Assembly: GCF_037042905.1 (NCBI RefSeq)
Contig: NC_087249.1
Span: 41,478,001-41,542,000, forward strand
Length of the DNA: 64,000 nt
Origin: Lytechinus pictus
Taxonomy: Eukaryota
Direction of reading: 5' to 3'
Of this stretch, positions 26,101-37,700 are shown piece by piece. The notes beneath the pieces were generated by a model. That model ran no database searches. It was not told the DNA's origin and saw nothing but the letters and a program-made list of their open reading frames with translations. The first letter of the stretch is position 1; each line of letters begins with the position of its first letter. Position numbers and translations under genes: made by a program.

Positions 26101-27542
26101 CGCGCGTGCAATGGACAGAATCGTATGGATACAAATTGTACGATGAATGGATCTAAAATTGCATGGTTGATGACGTTATTGTAAAATGGGCTGAATGATC
26201 AATATCGAACAACCAATCAAATGACAAGGATCTATCTAGGTGTAATATAAATCTCATTGTTTTAATGTCAGATTGACAACTTGTCAGACAAAAACTTCTG
26301 AAACACTCTCCTCTTGTTCCAAGATGAACTTATGTGACAGTTTGCATTGAATACTGCAGGAGTCTGGAGTGAAGAAGTGGTGTTTCTCCTGCCCCAAACC
26401 TGTCTTTTCATCACCCGTTGCTATGGATGATGGTGTTTTGTTTGGATGTGTAGATGGCGTCATGTACTGCTTATCACATGCTGGTATAAAGGTAGGTGCC
26501 TCAGATAAAGACCGGGGGGGGGGGGATGTTTTACAAAGAATTTAGAGATACTATGCTAGTTGTTGTAACAATTTCAAAATAAGTTTGTACAGAATTCATC
26601 AATATGACCGCCCAAGTTTCTGTTTTGCATATATAGAGAATATGTGCTCGAGGATTCTGGAATAATTTGTGTAATTACTGAGAAATTTTCAAACTAACAT
26701 TGGAAATCAAGCAAAGTGTCTTTTTTCCATGCAATAATGATACACTGTCCCAGGTGTGTTTATCTGTGTTACCGATCTACAGTCTGGTTTTTATTAGCTT
26801 AGTTTTTAGGATTTCTCAAAAATTAAGTTCGTGTAACTACCAGATTTAGATCCACGATCAAGTGACAGTAAATCTTAATTTTGCGTACTTTCTTGTAAAG
26901 TTACGCACGACTGGAAGCACAAGAAAGGGTCACCAGTTGTGCCTTAAGTCATTCTTAACTTACAAACAGCTCTAAGGAACATCCACCTGATCCATGTTTT
27001 GTATTGGTTGTTGCTCTTGGAATTTATAAAGTAAATCCTGAGATCAATGATTAGGAGATAAGGATTCTTTCAAAGAAGCAGATGCATGAATGATAATAAT
27101 ATTCTTGCTTTTGCAGCTCTGGATTTGGACAGTTCATGGACCCATTTTCTCATCGCCCTGCGTAACTAGTCTCCACCCGCCCTATCGGTCGGACTCCAAT
27201 AGCAACCAACCATCTGGTCTTCTGGTCATTTTTGGCTCACACTGCGGCTCCGTTACCTGTCTTGACCCCTTGACCGGTCAGCATGTGTGGACTTCAGCAG
27301 TATCATCCTTCCCGATCTACTCCACGCCTTTCATATTCAACCGGGGTGGTTGTCGCAGGGTGGCCGTTGCATCAACGGAAGGTCACATCTACGTGCTAGA
27401 TGTGCAGACATGCAAGATACTATCAGAAACAGAGCTTCCAGGTGAAGTGTTTTCCTCACCTATTGTGATTGGGAGCAAACATATCATTGTAGGATGTAGA
27501 GATGATTTTGTATATTGCTTATATTTAAAGGAAATGGAGTAA
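1898..27542 (+). CDS. AASDH: Beta-alanine-activating enzyme / NRPS-like AASDH (ACSF4), spliced gene with 14 coding exons, 1324 aa
   Basis: Exons 1898-2127, 5373-5493, 6420-6649, 11510-11699, 12971-13218, 14223-14317, 16385-16566, 19459-20205, 20733-21661, 22099-22247, 22959-23122, 23988-24119, 26360-26491 and 27117-27542 join in frame through GT-AG introns (3975 nt). Adenylation motifs YALHTSGTTGRPK, NLYGITE, RATGD, GRGDDQIKRHG and PITRHGK; carrier motif LGGDS; PQQ-propeller repeats (VDASP, VESSA, VFSSP). Confidence 0.95.
2497..3934. mobile_element. Non-autonomous piggyBac-like element
   Basis: TTAA at 2493-2496 and 3935-3938; ends CTCT...AGGG; subterminal GGACTG/CAGTCC. Confidence 0.55.
2761..3507. 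mobile_element. MITE nested in the piggyBac-like element
   Basis: Perfect 22-bp TIR CAATTCTCGCTACCCCAAATAG; the same terminus starts again at 63982. Confidence 0.8.
5373..5493 (+). CDS. AASDH: AASDH coding exon 2
   Basis: Acceptor TTGCAG; ILQVPAAYGPIDP (A2-like motif); donor GTAAGT. Confidence 0.9.
6090..6230 (-). mobile_element. CR1/L2 LINE 3' remnant
   Basis: Minus strand reads SFFPSTICLWNVLP...ESFRSH, a typical ORF2 C-terminus. Confidence 0.55.
6420..6649 (+). CDS. AASDH: AASDH coding exon 3
   Basis: AMP-binding signature LAYALHTSGTTGRPKIV; donor GTAAGT; acceptor AAG chosen by phase. Confidence 0.9.
6817..7264. mobile_element. MITE (PIF/Harbinger-like)
   Basis: TIR GAGGCTGTTYTCACT..AAACTAGTTTA; TTT on both flanks. 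Confidence 0.7.
7960..8164 (+). mobile_element. L2-like LINE 3' end with (TTA)n tail
   Basis: QFKKLLKTYLF C-terminus followed by an L2-type 3' tail. Confidence 0.55.
8330..9139. mobile_element. Non-autonomous hAT-like element with 6-bp TSD
   Basis: 19-bp TIR TAGGGACAGTGATTTTCCG; GCATTG on both flanks; subterminal TTCCGT repeats. Confidence 0.75.
10850..11230 (-). mobile_element. Degraded LINE reverse-transcriptase remnant
   Basis: Broken minus-strand motifs (WLTS, VNG, GVP) in RT order. Confidence 0.4.
11510..11699 (+). CDS. AASDH: AASDH coding exon 4
   Basis: ASPLTFDPSVVEMF...VTVLQ; acceptor GACAG, donor GTAAAA. Confidence 0.92.
12971..13218 (+). CDS. AASDH: AASDH coding exon 5
   Basis: ATPSL...LRILAFGGE...NLYGITEVSSWA; donor GTGAGT. 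Confidence 0.92.
13737..13902. mobile_element. Palindromic MITE
   Basis: TTTCATAAAGCTGTTCGTAA / TTACGAACAGCTTTATGAAA inverted arms. Confidence 0.65.
14223..14317 (+). CDS. AASDH: AASDH coding exon 6 (not in ORF track)
   Basis: Polypyrimidine tract plus CAG; IPLGDALKDTILHVRDERGRVIHSGIGEVFIG; phases 2/1 match the neighbouring exons. Confidence 0.88.
14706..15066 (+). mobile_element. tRNA-derived SINE with conserved central domain and L2-like tail
   Basis: A/B boxes, AAATGGGTACC core, GCGCTATATAAAAGCGGATTATTATT tail; second copy at 61799. Confidence 0.75.
15117..15519. mobile_element. Kolobok-like non-autonomous element
   Basis: TTAA on both flanks; AG...CT ends with imperfect TIR. Confidence 0.55.
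15642..15839. mobile_element. MITE
   Basis: GACATTTGCTCC..GCGACAAT inverted arms; ATCCTA on both flanks. Confidence 0.6.
16082..16315. mobile_element. MITE with 3-bp TSD
   Basis: TIR GGGTGATTTCAAGT; ATT on both flanks. Confidence 0.7.
16385..16566 (+). CDS. AASDH: AASDH coding exon 7
   Basis: GYHRVCFLG...MRATGD...FLGRGDDQIKRHGKR; donor GTGATA. Confidence 0.92.
16617..18746. repeat. Tandem triplication, 3 x 710 bp, in AASDH intron 7
   Basis: Units start at 16617, 17327 and 18037; identical ORFs at 16652, 17362 and 18072. Confidence 0.97.
18605..19100. mobile_element. Kolobok-like MITE
   Basis: TIR AGGGGAAGTTCACCCTGA with TTAA TSD; degraded relative at about 58900-59335. Confidence 0.85.
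19114..19376. mobile_element. MITE
   Basis: CCCGTCTTACAA..GAGTT.CGATTGATCC inverted arms. Confidence 0.7.
19459..20205 (+). CDS. AASDH: AASDH coding exon 8
   Basis: VIEACPDI...RLVAF, long S/T/P-rich insert, then LPNHAIPDKFVVLQTLPITRHGKVD; donor GTGGGT. Confidence 0.88.
20733..21661 (+). CDS. AASDH: AASDH coding exon 9 (carrier domain, linker, first propeller blade)
   Basis: FMTLGGDSFQAL phosphopantetheine site; WRVDTGKCVDASPL. Confidence 0.92.
22099..22247 (+). CDS. AASDH: AASDH coding exon 10
   Basis: TVYIGSHSH...WKTELGDRVESSA. Confidence 0.93.
22550..22805 (-). mobile_element. tRNA-derived SINE remnant
   Basis: Minus-strand B box GGTTCGATCCC followed by GTGCCCTTTGGTAAGGCATT core. Confidence 0.55.
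22959..23122 (+). CDS. AASDH: AASDH coding exon 11
   Basis: GCYDHFVYCL...VKCSP...YIGSHD. Confidence 0.93.
23761..23907. mobile_element. Short MITE
   Basis: CAATGAAGTCTTTGTC..CGGTGAA / TTCACCG..GACAAAGACTCCATTG inverted arms. Confidence 0.55.
23988..24119 (+). CDS. AASDH: AASDH coding exon 12 (not in ORF track)
   Basis: EETFEVKWRSHCGGGSVFASPC...AATLRG; acceptor TTTTAG, donor GTAAGA. Confidence 0.9.
24257..25861. mobile_element. Non-autonomous P-superfamily-like DNA transposon
   Basis: Perfect 25-bp TIR CAACGAACGTAGAGGGCAGCAACAC; 8-bp TSD TATAATAC (24249-24256 and 25862-25869). Confidence 0.85.
26360..26491 (+). CDS. AASDH: AASDH coding exon 13 (not in ORF track)
   Basis: ESGVKKWCFSCPKPVFSSP...GCVDG; acceptor TGCAG, donor GTAGGT. 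Confidence 0.9.
27117..27542 (+). CDS. AASDH: AASDH terminal coding exon 14
   Basis: GPIFSSP...IYSTPF...LPGEVFSSP...GCRDDFVYCL, stop TAA. Confidence 0.93.
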   Translation, partial: LWIWTVHGPIFSSPCVTSLHPPYRSDSNSNQPSGLLVIFGSHCGSVTCLDPLTGQHVWTSAVSSFPIYSTPFIFNRGGCRRVAVASTEGHIYVLDVQTCKILSETELPGEVFSSPIVIGSKHIIVGCRDDFVYCLYLKEME

Positions 27543-27614
27543 ATAATGGGTAATGTCAAGATCAGTGTTCATAGTGTTCAGGGCTCGAATAAGCCTTATG
27601 AATCTATAAAAGTC

Positions 27615-27620
27615 AATAAA
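27615..27620 (+). terminator. Candidate AASDH polyadenylation signal
   Basis: AATAAA about 70 nt after the stop codon. Confidence 0.5.
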
Positions 27621-27967
27621 AAGTATGAAGTTTTAGTATGTCATTTTTATTTGCAATTCGATAGCACAAACATGCAACCTTTTGTGCTATTTTGGAGCCA
27701 TATTCCAGCATGGTAAGAATTATCATGAAATATTATGTAACAATTTGTTTTTACAAAGAGTGGTACGGGATCTCCTTATCAATGTTTTTATGTCTTTCAC
27801 TATCGGTCCTGTCCATGTAGTATATTTTATATGTTGTCTCTGATTTTTTCATCAACTTTTTTTCAGCCACCAAATGAGATAGTGATCAGATATTGTTAAT
27901 CATATCTTGTCAAACTCCATCACATGGCTCACATTATCTTGAAAAAGTCTGTATCACCACCTGCATC

Positions 27968-28153
27968 TTACTTACTGAAAATGCTTTTTAAGAATTGACC
28001 ATTCCTGATCTTAAACCTATTAGGATTTACTTTCTGCTGAGGGAGGTTGGAAAGATACATGTAGGACAATGACTTGACGCTAGCAGAGACATTCGTTGCA
28101 CCACTATCAACCAAAATAAACTTGTTCTTTCCATTTAGGAGTTTATCCTTCAC
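27968..28153 (-). pseudogene. LTR-retrotransposon aspartic protease fragment
   Basis: LNGKNKFILVDSGAT retropepsin-like DSG motif. Confidence 0.5.
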
Positions 28154-28279
28154 AGAGTTTCTCTCAAATGCAATCCTTTGTCATCAGTTCCTAAATATGT
28201 AAAAGTCAAATTCAAATAAGGCCAAGTCTGATCTCTTGATTGGGAAGAAGAGCAATGAGCGCTGTTGATCTCTTCAAAA

Positions 28280-29015
28280 AGGATAGATAAAGAATAGATG
28301 TCACAAATGTCTCGCGAAATAATGAGCTCACTGAATACTGCAGAGAATAATTACCTGTTGAAATGTTCAGGTGGTTGATTTGGTTCGCGCAACATGCGTT
28401 TCAGAACTTGCAAATAGTTATCTGCGGGAAAGCCAGAAAATTGTCAACTGGTCCAAATTGCCTAACATCATCAGCTAAATGTATGACAGCATGGATATTA
28501 TAAATTAGCATCTCCTTTACAAACATATCTCCAAAGTTTCTTGAAAACACAATCAGCAATTCCTCCGCATACGTCACATATTTTATTGACAAAGATGGAC
28601 TGCTCAGAATTGTCATGCGGACATGCAAGAGAGAGAAATTTCCAAAAATCTGATCTGACAAAGTGCCTTTCAGGGCAACCATACCTGTATAGATCAAAAA
28701 TGTTCTAAACTCTGTTGCCTTCCATCTATCAATCTCAGCAAGAGATCTCTCTTTTCTTGAAAATTCACTTGGTATAACAGCTTTAAACTGAAGCAAGCTT
28801 CTGGAAATAGCATTGACATTTCCCGTCCAATTCGTGTCTGTAGAGGTCCACGTATCCAGACAAGAATCATTTTCCTGACAATACCTAAACATACATTATG
28901 CATATAATCTATTGGAAATTGACTGACCATTCCTACATGCAGTTGGGTCAATACACTTGTATCGTGATGGTGTTCTTGGTACACTTCTTGGTACACTTTA
29001 TGAAAGCACAGGCTG
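28280..29015 (-). pseudogene. EnSpm/CACTA-type transposase fragment, copy 1
   Basis: FPIDYMHNVCLG, IPSEFSRKERSL, WKATEFR, YNIHAVIHLADDV; frameshifted. Confidence 0.85.
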
Positions 29016-29109
29016 TTATAGGTCGCCTGTTTTAGGCAAGTCAAAATGAAAGAAAAAAAAAAAAATTAGGATTCTTGCATGCACATATCTTGGTCTTCTT
29101 CAAACATGT

Positions 29110-29332
29110 ATGGTACCTGTATGACAGTTTTCTCAGTTTGTGTTTGTGTTTTGCAAGTGGACGCTTGTGATCGGGAGAAAGTTTAATGTAACCGTTGATG
29201 ACGTTGACGATGCATTTGCATATGGCATCTACAAGTTCCTTGTCGGCTGTTTTTAGTAATGCCTTTCACTGATGCTGGCACAGTGGACCAGGGTCTTGAG
29301 AAGAACCGCGTGGGTTTTGATGCGGCCGGACA
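29110..29332 (-). pseudogene. Polinton/Maverick small basic conserved gene fragment
   Basis: SGRIKTHAVLLK...ADKELVDAICKCIVNVINGYIKLSPDHKRPLAKHKHKLRKL, resembling the ICECxLNxLxGN protein found next to the Polinton ATPase; second copy at about 34850-35071. Confidence 0.7.
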
Positions 29333-29369
29333 ACTTTCAAGAATAACGTTACTCCGAGATGAAGTTTTC

Positions 29370-29880
29370 ATTTGGAGGTCGCTGTACTGCGTCTCTCCTG
29401 GAAAGATGTCAGTTCTCAGACGAAAGGAATCGGGAGTGTCTGGTTTTAAATTGATAAAAAAGGTAACGATACTTGTCTTTGGAGGCATAAGTGTAGGCCT
29501 CTCGAAAGTACCTTACATGTCCTGGTTAGTGGTTACATTAGCAAAACAAGTAATATGCATTTTATCTCTACAATTTTTATAAATAAACAGTAATATTGAG
29601 TGTTGAGGGATATTACCGCTGACTCTTTTCCCCTATGAAACAAATATTGACTGATATAGATTGTACTGGCGTTTCTGTGATGACACCCCTTGGTAAACAG
29701 AGCCGCAACTTTTTTGTTATCACCCGCAGTGTCCATCAGGTCATCGATGCTGAAAAAAAAGGTTTTGTATCAGGGCTTTTTGTATTGTCAGTATATTCGT
29801 AAAAATCTTCTGGCAAATTTTCATGAAACTCAATATTTGGAACGGTTTTCAAAATGGTGACATGACACTAGACGAAATAT
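29370..29880 (-). pseudogene. Polinton/Maverick A32-like packaging ATPase, C-terminal part
   Basis: IEFHENLP, Walker B IDDLM, FTKGCHHRNASTIYISQYLF, ISLNTQY, INLKPDTPDSFRLRTDIFPGE; Walker A missing; second copy at about 35110-35620. Confidence 0.88.
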
Positions 29881-29884
29881 CCTT

Positions 29885-32800
29885 CACATCTCTTTTTTGT
29901 TTGTCAAAATGGAAGAAGCTTGACGCTCCTTCCATGCGCATGTCCAGATCTTCTTCGAACATACACTTGGTGTTATACACCTTATTCAATTGGTCAAAAA
30001 TATCTTTGACATTTAATCTGGCTAGGGCGGCTTCGAAGAATTGATGTATCTGTTCATCCCTTGTCAGCCATTGACATTCGGGGTGGTTTCGCTGCCCACC
30101 ATATTCATTTATGCATCCTATGCAGTTCTCATATACAACTTCATTGACTTAATTCGACAACGCTTTTACTGATAATATAAGTGGGCCTGTTGCTATGTTC
30201 AATCTTACCGGAATAGGCCTACTATCGGTATGCTCTGTGACATCCTGCATGTCCACTATCTGTTTTGGGCAAGTCAAAATTCAAGTTCTCTGGACCATTC
30301 TTCCGAGCGATAACATTTCTTTCAACTTTGACTTCACATGGGATTTTACATCTCTTTTTTGTTTGTCAAAATGGAAGAAGCTCGACGCTCCTTCCACGCA
30401 CATGTCCTGATCTTCTTCGAACATACACTTGGTGTTATACACCTTATTCAATTGGTCCAAAAAATCTTTGACATTTAATCTGGCTAGGGCGGCTTCGAAG
30501 AATTTATCTATCTGTTCATCCCTTGTCAGCCATTGACATTCGGGGTGGTCTCGCTGCCCACCATATTCATTTATGCATCCTATGCAGTTCTCATATACAA
30601 CTTCATTGACTTAATTCGACAACGCTTTTACTGCCATTATAACTGGGCCTGTTGCTATGTTCAATCTTACCGGAATAGTCATACTATTGATATGCTCGGT
30701 GATATCGGTCATGTCTGAGTTCTCTGGACCATTATTCCGAGCTATTACATTTCTTTCCATTTTGACTTCACATGGAATTTTACATCTCTTTTTTGTTTGT
30801 CAAAATGGAAGAAGCTCGACGCTCCTTCGACGCACAAGTCCTGATCTTCTTCGAACATACACTTGGTGTTATAGACCTTATTCAATTGGTCCAAAAAATC
30901 TTTGACATTTAATCTGGCTAGGGCGGCTTCGAAGAATTGATGTACAGGTATCTGTTCATCCCTTGTCAGCCATTGACATTCGGGGTGGTCTCGCTGCCCA
31001 CCATATTCATTTATGCATCCTATGTAGTTCTCATATGCAACTTCATTGACTTAATTCGACAACGCTTTTACTGATAACATAAGTGGGCCTGTTGCTATGT
31101 TCAATCTTACCGGAATAGGCCTACTATCGGTATGCTCAGTGACATCCTGCATGTCCACTATCTGTTTTGGGCAAGTCAAAAGTTAAGTTCTCTGGACCAT
31201 TCTTCCGAGCTATTACATTTCTTTCCATTTTGACTTCACATGGGATTTTACATCTCTTTTTTGTTTGTCAAAATGGAAGAAGCTCGACGCTCCTTCGACG
31301 CACATGTCCTGATCTTCTTCGAACATACACTTGGTGTTATACACCTTATTCAATTGGTCCAAAAAATCTTTGACATTTAATCTGGCTAGGGCGGCTTCGA
31401 AGAATTTATCTATCTGTTCATCCCTTGTCAGCCATTGACATTCGGGGTGGTTTCGCTGCCCACCATATTCATTTATGCATCCTATGCAGTTCTCATATAC
31501 AACTTCATTGACTTAATTCGACAACGCTTTTACTGATAATATAAGTGGGCCTGTTGCTATGTTCAATCTTACCGGAATAGGCCTACTATCGGTATGCTCT
31601 GTGACATCCTGCATGTCCACTATCTGTTTTGGGCAAGTCAAAATTCAAGTTCTCTGGACCATTCTTCCGAGCGATAACATTTCTTTCAACTTTGACTTCA
31701 CATGGGATTTTACATCTCTTTTTTGTTTGTCAAAATGGAAGAAGCTCGACGCTCCTTCCACGCACATGTCCTGATCTTCTTCGCACATACACTTGGTGTT
31801 ATACACGTTATTCAATTGGTCAAAAAAATCTTTGACATTTAATCTGGCTAGGGCGGCTTCGAAGAATTTATCTATCTGTTCATCCCTTGTCAGCCATTGA
31901 CATTCGGGGTGGTCTCGCTGCCCACCATATTCATTTATGCATCCTATGCAGTTCTCATATACAACTTCATTGACTTAATTCGACAACGCTTTTACTGCCA
32001 TTATAACTGGGCCTGTTGCTATGTTCAATCTTACCGGAATAGTCATACTATTGATATGCTCGGTGATATCGGTCATGTCTGAGTTCTCTGGACCATTATT
32101 CCGAGCTATTACATTTCTTTCCATTTTGACTTCACATGGGATTTTACATCTCTTTTTTGTTTGTCAAAATGGAAGAAGCTCAACGCTCCTTCGACGCACA
32201 TGTCCTGATCTTCTTCGAACATACACTTGGTGTTATACACCTTATTCAATTGGTCCAAAAAATCTTTGACATTTAATCTGGCTAGGGCGGCTTCGAAGAA
32301 TTGATGTATCTGTTCATGAGTTCATCCCTTGTCAGCCATTGACATTCGGGGTGGTCTCGCTGCCCACCATATCCATTTATGCATCCTATGCAGTTCTCAT
32401 ATGCAACTTCATTGACTTAATTCGACAACGCTTTTACTGATAACATAAGTGGGCCTGTTGCTATGTTCAATCTTACCGGAATAGGCCTACTATCGGTATG
32501 CTCAGTGACATCCTGCATGTCCACTATCTGTTTTGGGCAAGTCAAAAGTTAAGTTCTCTGGACCATTCTTCCGAGCTATTACATTTCTTTCCATTTTGAC
32601 TTCACATGGGATTTTACATCTCTTTTTTGTTTGTCAAAATGGAAGAAGCTCGACGCTCCTTCGACGCACATGTCCTGATCTTCTTCGAACATACACTTGG
32701 TGTTATACACCTTATTCAATTGGTCCAAAAAATCTTTGACATTTAATCTGGCTAGGGCGGCTTCGAAGAATTTATCTATCTGTTCATCCCTTGTCAGCCA

Positions 32801-33145
32801 TTGACATTCGGGGTGGTCTCGCTGCCCACCATATTCATTTATGCATCCTATGCAGTTCTCATATACAACTTCATTGACTTAATTCGACAACACTTTTACT
32901 GCCATTATAACTGGGCCTGTTGCTATGTTCAATCTTACCGGAATAGGCCTACTATTGATATGCTCGGTGATATCGGTCATGTCTGAGTTCTCTGGACCAT
33001 CATTCCGAGCTATTACATTTCTTTCCATTTTGACTTCACATGGGATTTTACATCTCTTTTTTGTTTGTCAAAATGGAAGAAGCTCAACGCTCCTTCCATG
33101 CACATGTCCTGATCTTCTTCGAACATACACTTGGTGTTATACATA
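29885..33145 (-). repeat. Tandem array (462/434/468-470-bp units) of a pseudogenised Polinton-like CxxC..H..C gene
   Basis: Anchor ATTTAATCTGGCTAGG at 30011, 30473, 30907, 31375, 31837, 32271 and 32741; minus strand ENCIGCINEYGGQRDHPEC. Confidence 0.9.
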
Positions 33146-33894
33146 TTATTGAATTGGTCATCTCCACTTCGTTATTGCCCTTTTCCGCCTCCCCCATGTC
33201 CTCTTCTTCCTCCTCCATTTCATAGTCTAAGCGACGGCGTATTGCAGGAAAAAGATATTTGATGAATTTGTCTCCGTCATCATTATCGTCATCCGAAATG
33301 GCAACTATTTGTGGGGTTGGTGGTGGTTGTCTCGATGTGGCGCCTATCCTTGGCTCTTCGTCAAGTTTAGCTACCACTGGTCTCCCACATGGCGTAGTAT
33401 GGAGCATGTTGTCTTTGAAGACGGTGGCAGCCAGCTACCACAGGGGCTTGTGGGGGTGACGCATCATCATCACTCACGATAATCAGTTTGGGTGTTTTGG
33501 CGATGCAGGAGCAGGTTCTGCCGTTCGAGAGATAGAAGCTGCGACGTTCTACTCCTCCATCTCCTTGACCACGTTCTGGATACGAAAAAGAGGAAATGGG
33601 TAGTTTTTTGAATTTGTCTATGTCATCATTATTGCCATCCACAAAGTAGCCAAGCCGTCTAACATGAGTTGAGGTGTCCAGAGCGAAGGCAGAGAGGAGA
33701 GTGATGATGTGGCAGAGATAAGTTGTTTTTTTACCAGATTAGGTAATTGGCAAAGCCGATCTCCTAATATCTATAGTTAAGAAAATAGGAAAGATTGTGT
33801 CCTACCTTAATACTTGTTTGCCAGAGTAGAAAGTGATCAACCGCTCAGATATACTGCACAAATCCCACAAAATATGTTTACACTTTACAATTTT

Positions 33895-34750
33895 AAAAAG
33901 GATAGATAAAGAATAGATGTCACAAATGTCTCGCGAAACAATGAGCTCACTGAATACTGCAGAGAATAATTACCTGTTGAAATGTTCAGGTGGTTGATTT
34001 GGTTCGCGCAACATGCGTTTCAGAACTTGCAAATAGTTGTCTGCGGGAAAGCCAGAAAATTGTCAACTGGTCCAAATTGCCTAACATAATCAGCTAAATG
34101 TATGACAGCATGGATATTATAAATTAGCATCTACTTTCCAAACATATCTCCAAAGTTTCTTGAAAACACAATCAGCAATTCCTCCGCATACGTCACATAT
34201 TTTATTGACAAAGATGGACTGCTCAGAATTGTCATGCGGACATGCAAGAGAGAGAAATTTCGAAAAATCTGATCTGACAAAGTGCCTTTCAGGGCAACCA
34301 TACCTGTATAGATCAAAAATGTTCTAAACTCTGTTGCCTTCCATCTATCAATCTCAGCAAGAGATCTCTCTTTTCTTGAAAATTCACTTGGTATAACAGC
34401 TTTAAACTGAGCAAGCTTCTGGAAATAGCATTGACATTTCCCGTCCAATTTGTGTCTGTAGAGGTCCACGTATCCAGACAAGAATCATTTTCCTGACAAT
34501 ACCTAAACATACATTATGCATATAATCTATTGGAAATTGACTGACCATTCCTACATGCAGTTGGGTCAATACACTTGTATCGTGATGGTGTTCTTTGTTT
34601 TCTTGGATAAGAAATCCATCATCGATTCTCGTGTCCACTGTCTGGGAATGTCATACGATGCTCGATATACAACCCCTCTTAGGTAGGGTACACTTATCAC
34701 AGCCATAATAGCCACTGTGACCCTTGGTACACTTTATGAAAGCACAGGCT
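33895..34750 (-). pseudogene. EnSpm/CACTA-type transposase fragment, copy 2
   Basis: As copy 1, plus AFIKCTKGHSGYYGCDKC. Confidence 0.85.
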
Positions 34751-37700
34751 GTTATAGGTCGCCTGTTTTAGGCAAGTCAAAATGAAAGAAAAAAAAAAAA
34801 ATTAGGATTCTTGCATGCACATATCTTGGTCTTCTTCAAACATGTATGGTACCTGTATGACAGTTTTCTCAGTTTGTGTTTGTGTTTTGCAAGTGGACGC
34901 TTGTGATCGGGAGAAAGTTTAATGTAACCGTTGATGACGTTGACGATGCATTTGCATATGGCATCTACGAGTTCCTTGTCGGCTGTTTTTAGTAATGCCT
35001 TTCACTGACTGCTGGCACAGTGGGCCATGGTCTTGAGAAGAACATGCGTGGGTGTTGATGCGGCAGGACAACTTTCAAGAATAACATTGCTCCGAGGTGA
35101 AGTGTTCATTTGAAGGTCGCTGTACTGCGTCTCTCCTGGAAAGATGTCAGTTTTCAGACGAAAGGAATCGGGAGTGTCTGGTTTTAAATTGATAAAAAAG
35201 GTAACGATACTTGTCTTTGGAGACATAAGTGTAGGCCTCTCGAAAGTACCTTACATGTCCTGGTTAGTGGTTACATTAGCAAAACAAGTAATATGCATTT
35301 TATCTCTACAATTTTTATAAATAAACAGTAATATTGAGTGTTGAGGGATATTACCCTTCACTCTTTTCCCCTATGAAACAAATATTGACTGATATAGATT
35401 GTACTGGCGTTTCTGTGATGACACCCCTTGGTAAACAGAGCCGCAACTTTTTTATTATCACCCGCAGTGTCCATCAGGTCATCGATGCTGAAAAAAAAGG
35501 TTTTGTATCAGGGCTTTTTGTATTGTCAGTATATTCGTAAAAATCTTCTGGCAAATTTTCATGAAACTCAATATTTGGAACGGTTTTCAAAATGGTGACA
35601 TGACACCAGAGGAAATATCCTTCACATCTCTTTTTTGTTTGTCAAAATGGAAGAAGCTCGACGCTCCTTCCATGCGCATGTCCAGATCTTCTTCGAACAT
35701 ACACTTGGTGTTATACACCTTATTCAATTGGTCAAAAAAATCTTTGACATTTAATCTGGCTAGGGCGGCTTCGAAGAATTGATCTATCTGTTCATCCCTT
35801 GGCAGCCATAGACATTCAGGGTGGTCTCGCTGCCCACCATATTCATTTATGCATCCTATGCAGTTCTCATATACAACTTCATTGACTTAATTCGACAACG
35901 CTTTTACTGATAATATAAGTGGGCCTGTTGCTATGTACAATCTTACCGGAATAGGCCTACTATCGGTATGCTCAGTGACATCCTGCATGTCCACTATCTG
36001 TTTTGGGCAAGTCAAAATTCAAGTTCTCTGGACCATTCTTCCGAGCTATTACATTTCTTTCAACTTTGACTTCACATGGGATTTTACATCTCTTTTTTGT
36101 TTGTCAAAATGGAAGAAGCTCGACGCTCCTTCCACGCACATGTCCTGATCTTCTTCGAACATACACTTGGTGTTATACACCTTATTCAATTGGTCAAAAA
36201 TATCTTTGACATTTAATCTGGCTAGGGCGGCTTCGAAGAATTTATCTATCTGTTCATCCCTTGTCAGCCATTGACATTCGGTGTGGTCTCGCTGCCCACC
36301 ATATTCATTTATGCATCCTATGCAGTTCTCATATACAACTTCATTGACTTAATTCGACAACGCTTTTACTGCCATTATAACTGGGCCTGTTGCTATGTTC
36401 AATCTTACCGGAATAGGCCTACTATTGATATGCTCGGTGATATCGGTCATGTCTGAGTTCTCTGGACCATTCTTCCGAGCTATTACATTTCTTTCCATTT
36501 TGACTTCACATGGGATTTTACATCTCTTTTTTGTTTGTCAAAATGGAAGAAGCTCGACGCTCCTTCCACGCACATGTCCTGATCTTCTTCGAACATACAC
36601 TTGGTGTTATACACCTTATTCAATTGGTCAAAAAAATCTTTGACATTTAATCTGGCTAGGGCGGCTTCGAAGAATTGATGTATCTGTTCATCCCTTGTCA
36701 GCCATTGACATTCGGGGTGGTCTCGCTGCCCACCATATTCATTTATGCATCCTATGCAGTTCTCATATACAACTTCATTGACTTAATTCGACAACGCTTT
36801 TACTGATAATATAAGTGGGCCTGTTGCTATGTTCAATCTTACCGGAATAGGCCTACTATCGGTATGCTCAGTGACATCCTGCATGTCCACTATCTGTTTT
36901 GGGCAAGTCAAAATTTAAGTTCTCTGGACCATTCTTCCGAGCTATTACATTTCTTTCAACTTTGACATCACATGGGATTTTACATCTCTTTTTTGTTTGT
37001 CAAAATGGAAGAAGCTCGACGCTCCTTCCACGCACATGTCCTGATCTTCTTCGAACATACACTTGGTGTTATACACCTTATTCAATTGGTCAAAAAAATC
37101 TCTGACATTTAATCTGGCTAGGGCGGCTTCGAAGAATTGATGTATCTGTTCATCCCTTGTCAGCCATTGACATTCGGGGTGGTCTCGCTGCCCACCATAT
37201 TCATTTATGCATCCTATGCAGTTCTCATATACAACTTCATTGACTTAATTCGACAACGCTTTTACTGATAATATAAGTGGGCCTGTTGCTATGTTCAATC
37301 TTACCTGAATAGGCCTACTATTGATATGCTCGGTGATATCGGTCATGTCTGAGTACTCTGGACCATTATTCCGAGCTATTACATTTCTTTCCATTTTGAC
37401 TTCACATGGGATTTTACATCTCTTTTTTGTTTGTCAAAATGGAAGAAGCTCGACGCTCCTTCCATGCACATGTCCTGATCTTCTTCGAACATACACTTGG
37501 TGTTATACACATTATTGAATTGGTCATCTCCACTTCGTTATTGCCCTTTTCCGCCTCACCCATGTCCTCTTCTTCCTCCTCCATTTCATAGTCTAAGCGA
37601 CGGCGTATTGCAGGAAAAAGATATTTGATGAATTTGTCTCTGTCATCATTATAGTCATCCGAAATGGCAAATATTTTTTGGGTTGGTGGTGGTTGTCTCG

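Noticed and set aside
29279-29290. CACAGTG heptamer as an RSS-like TIR
   Set aside because: Lies inside a Polinton gene fragment 16 kb from RAG1L, with no nonamer or partner end.
30149-30151. Programmed read-through or alternative genetic code for the shared TAA
   Set aside because: Neighbouring genes carry frameshifts and stops; inactivation before amplification is the simpler explanation.
29823-37591. Repeated + strand ORFs in the array, and most other 60-110-aa ORFs in the track
   Set aside because: They are antisense shadows of minus-strand genes or chance ORFs in repeats and introns.
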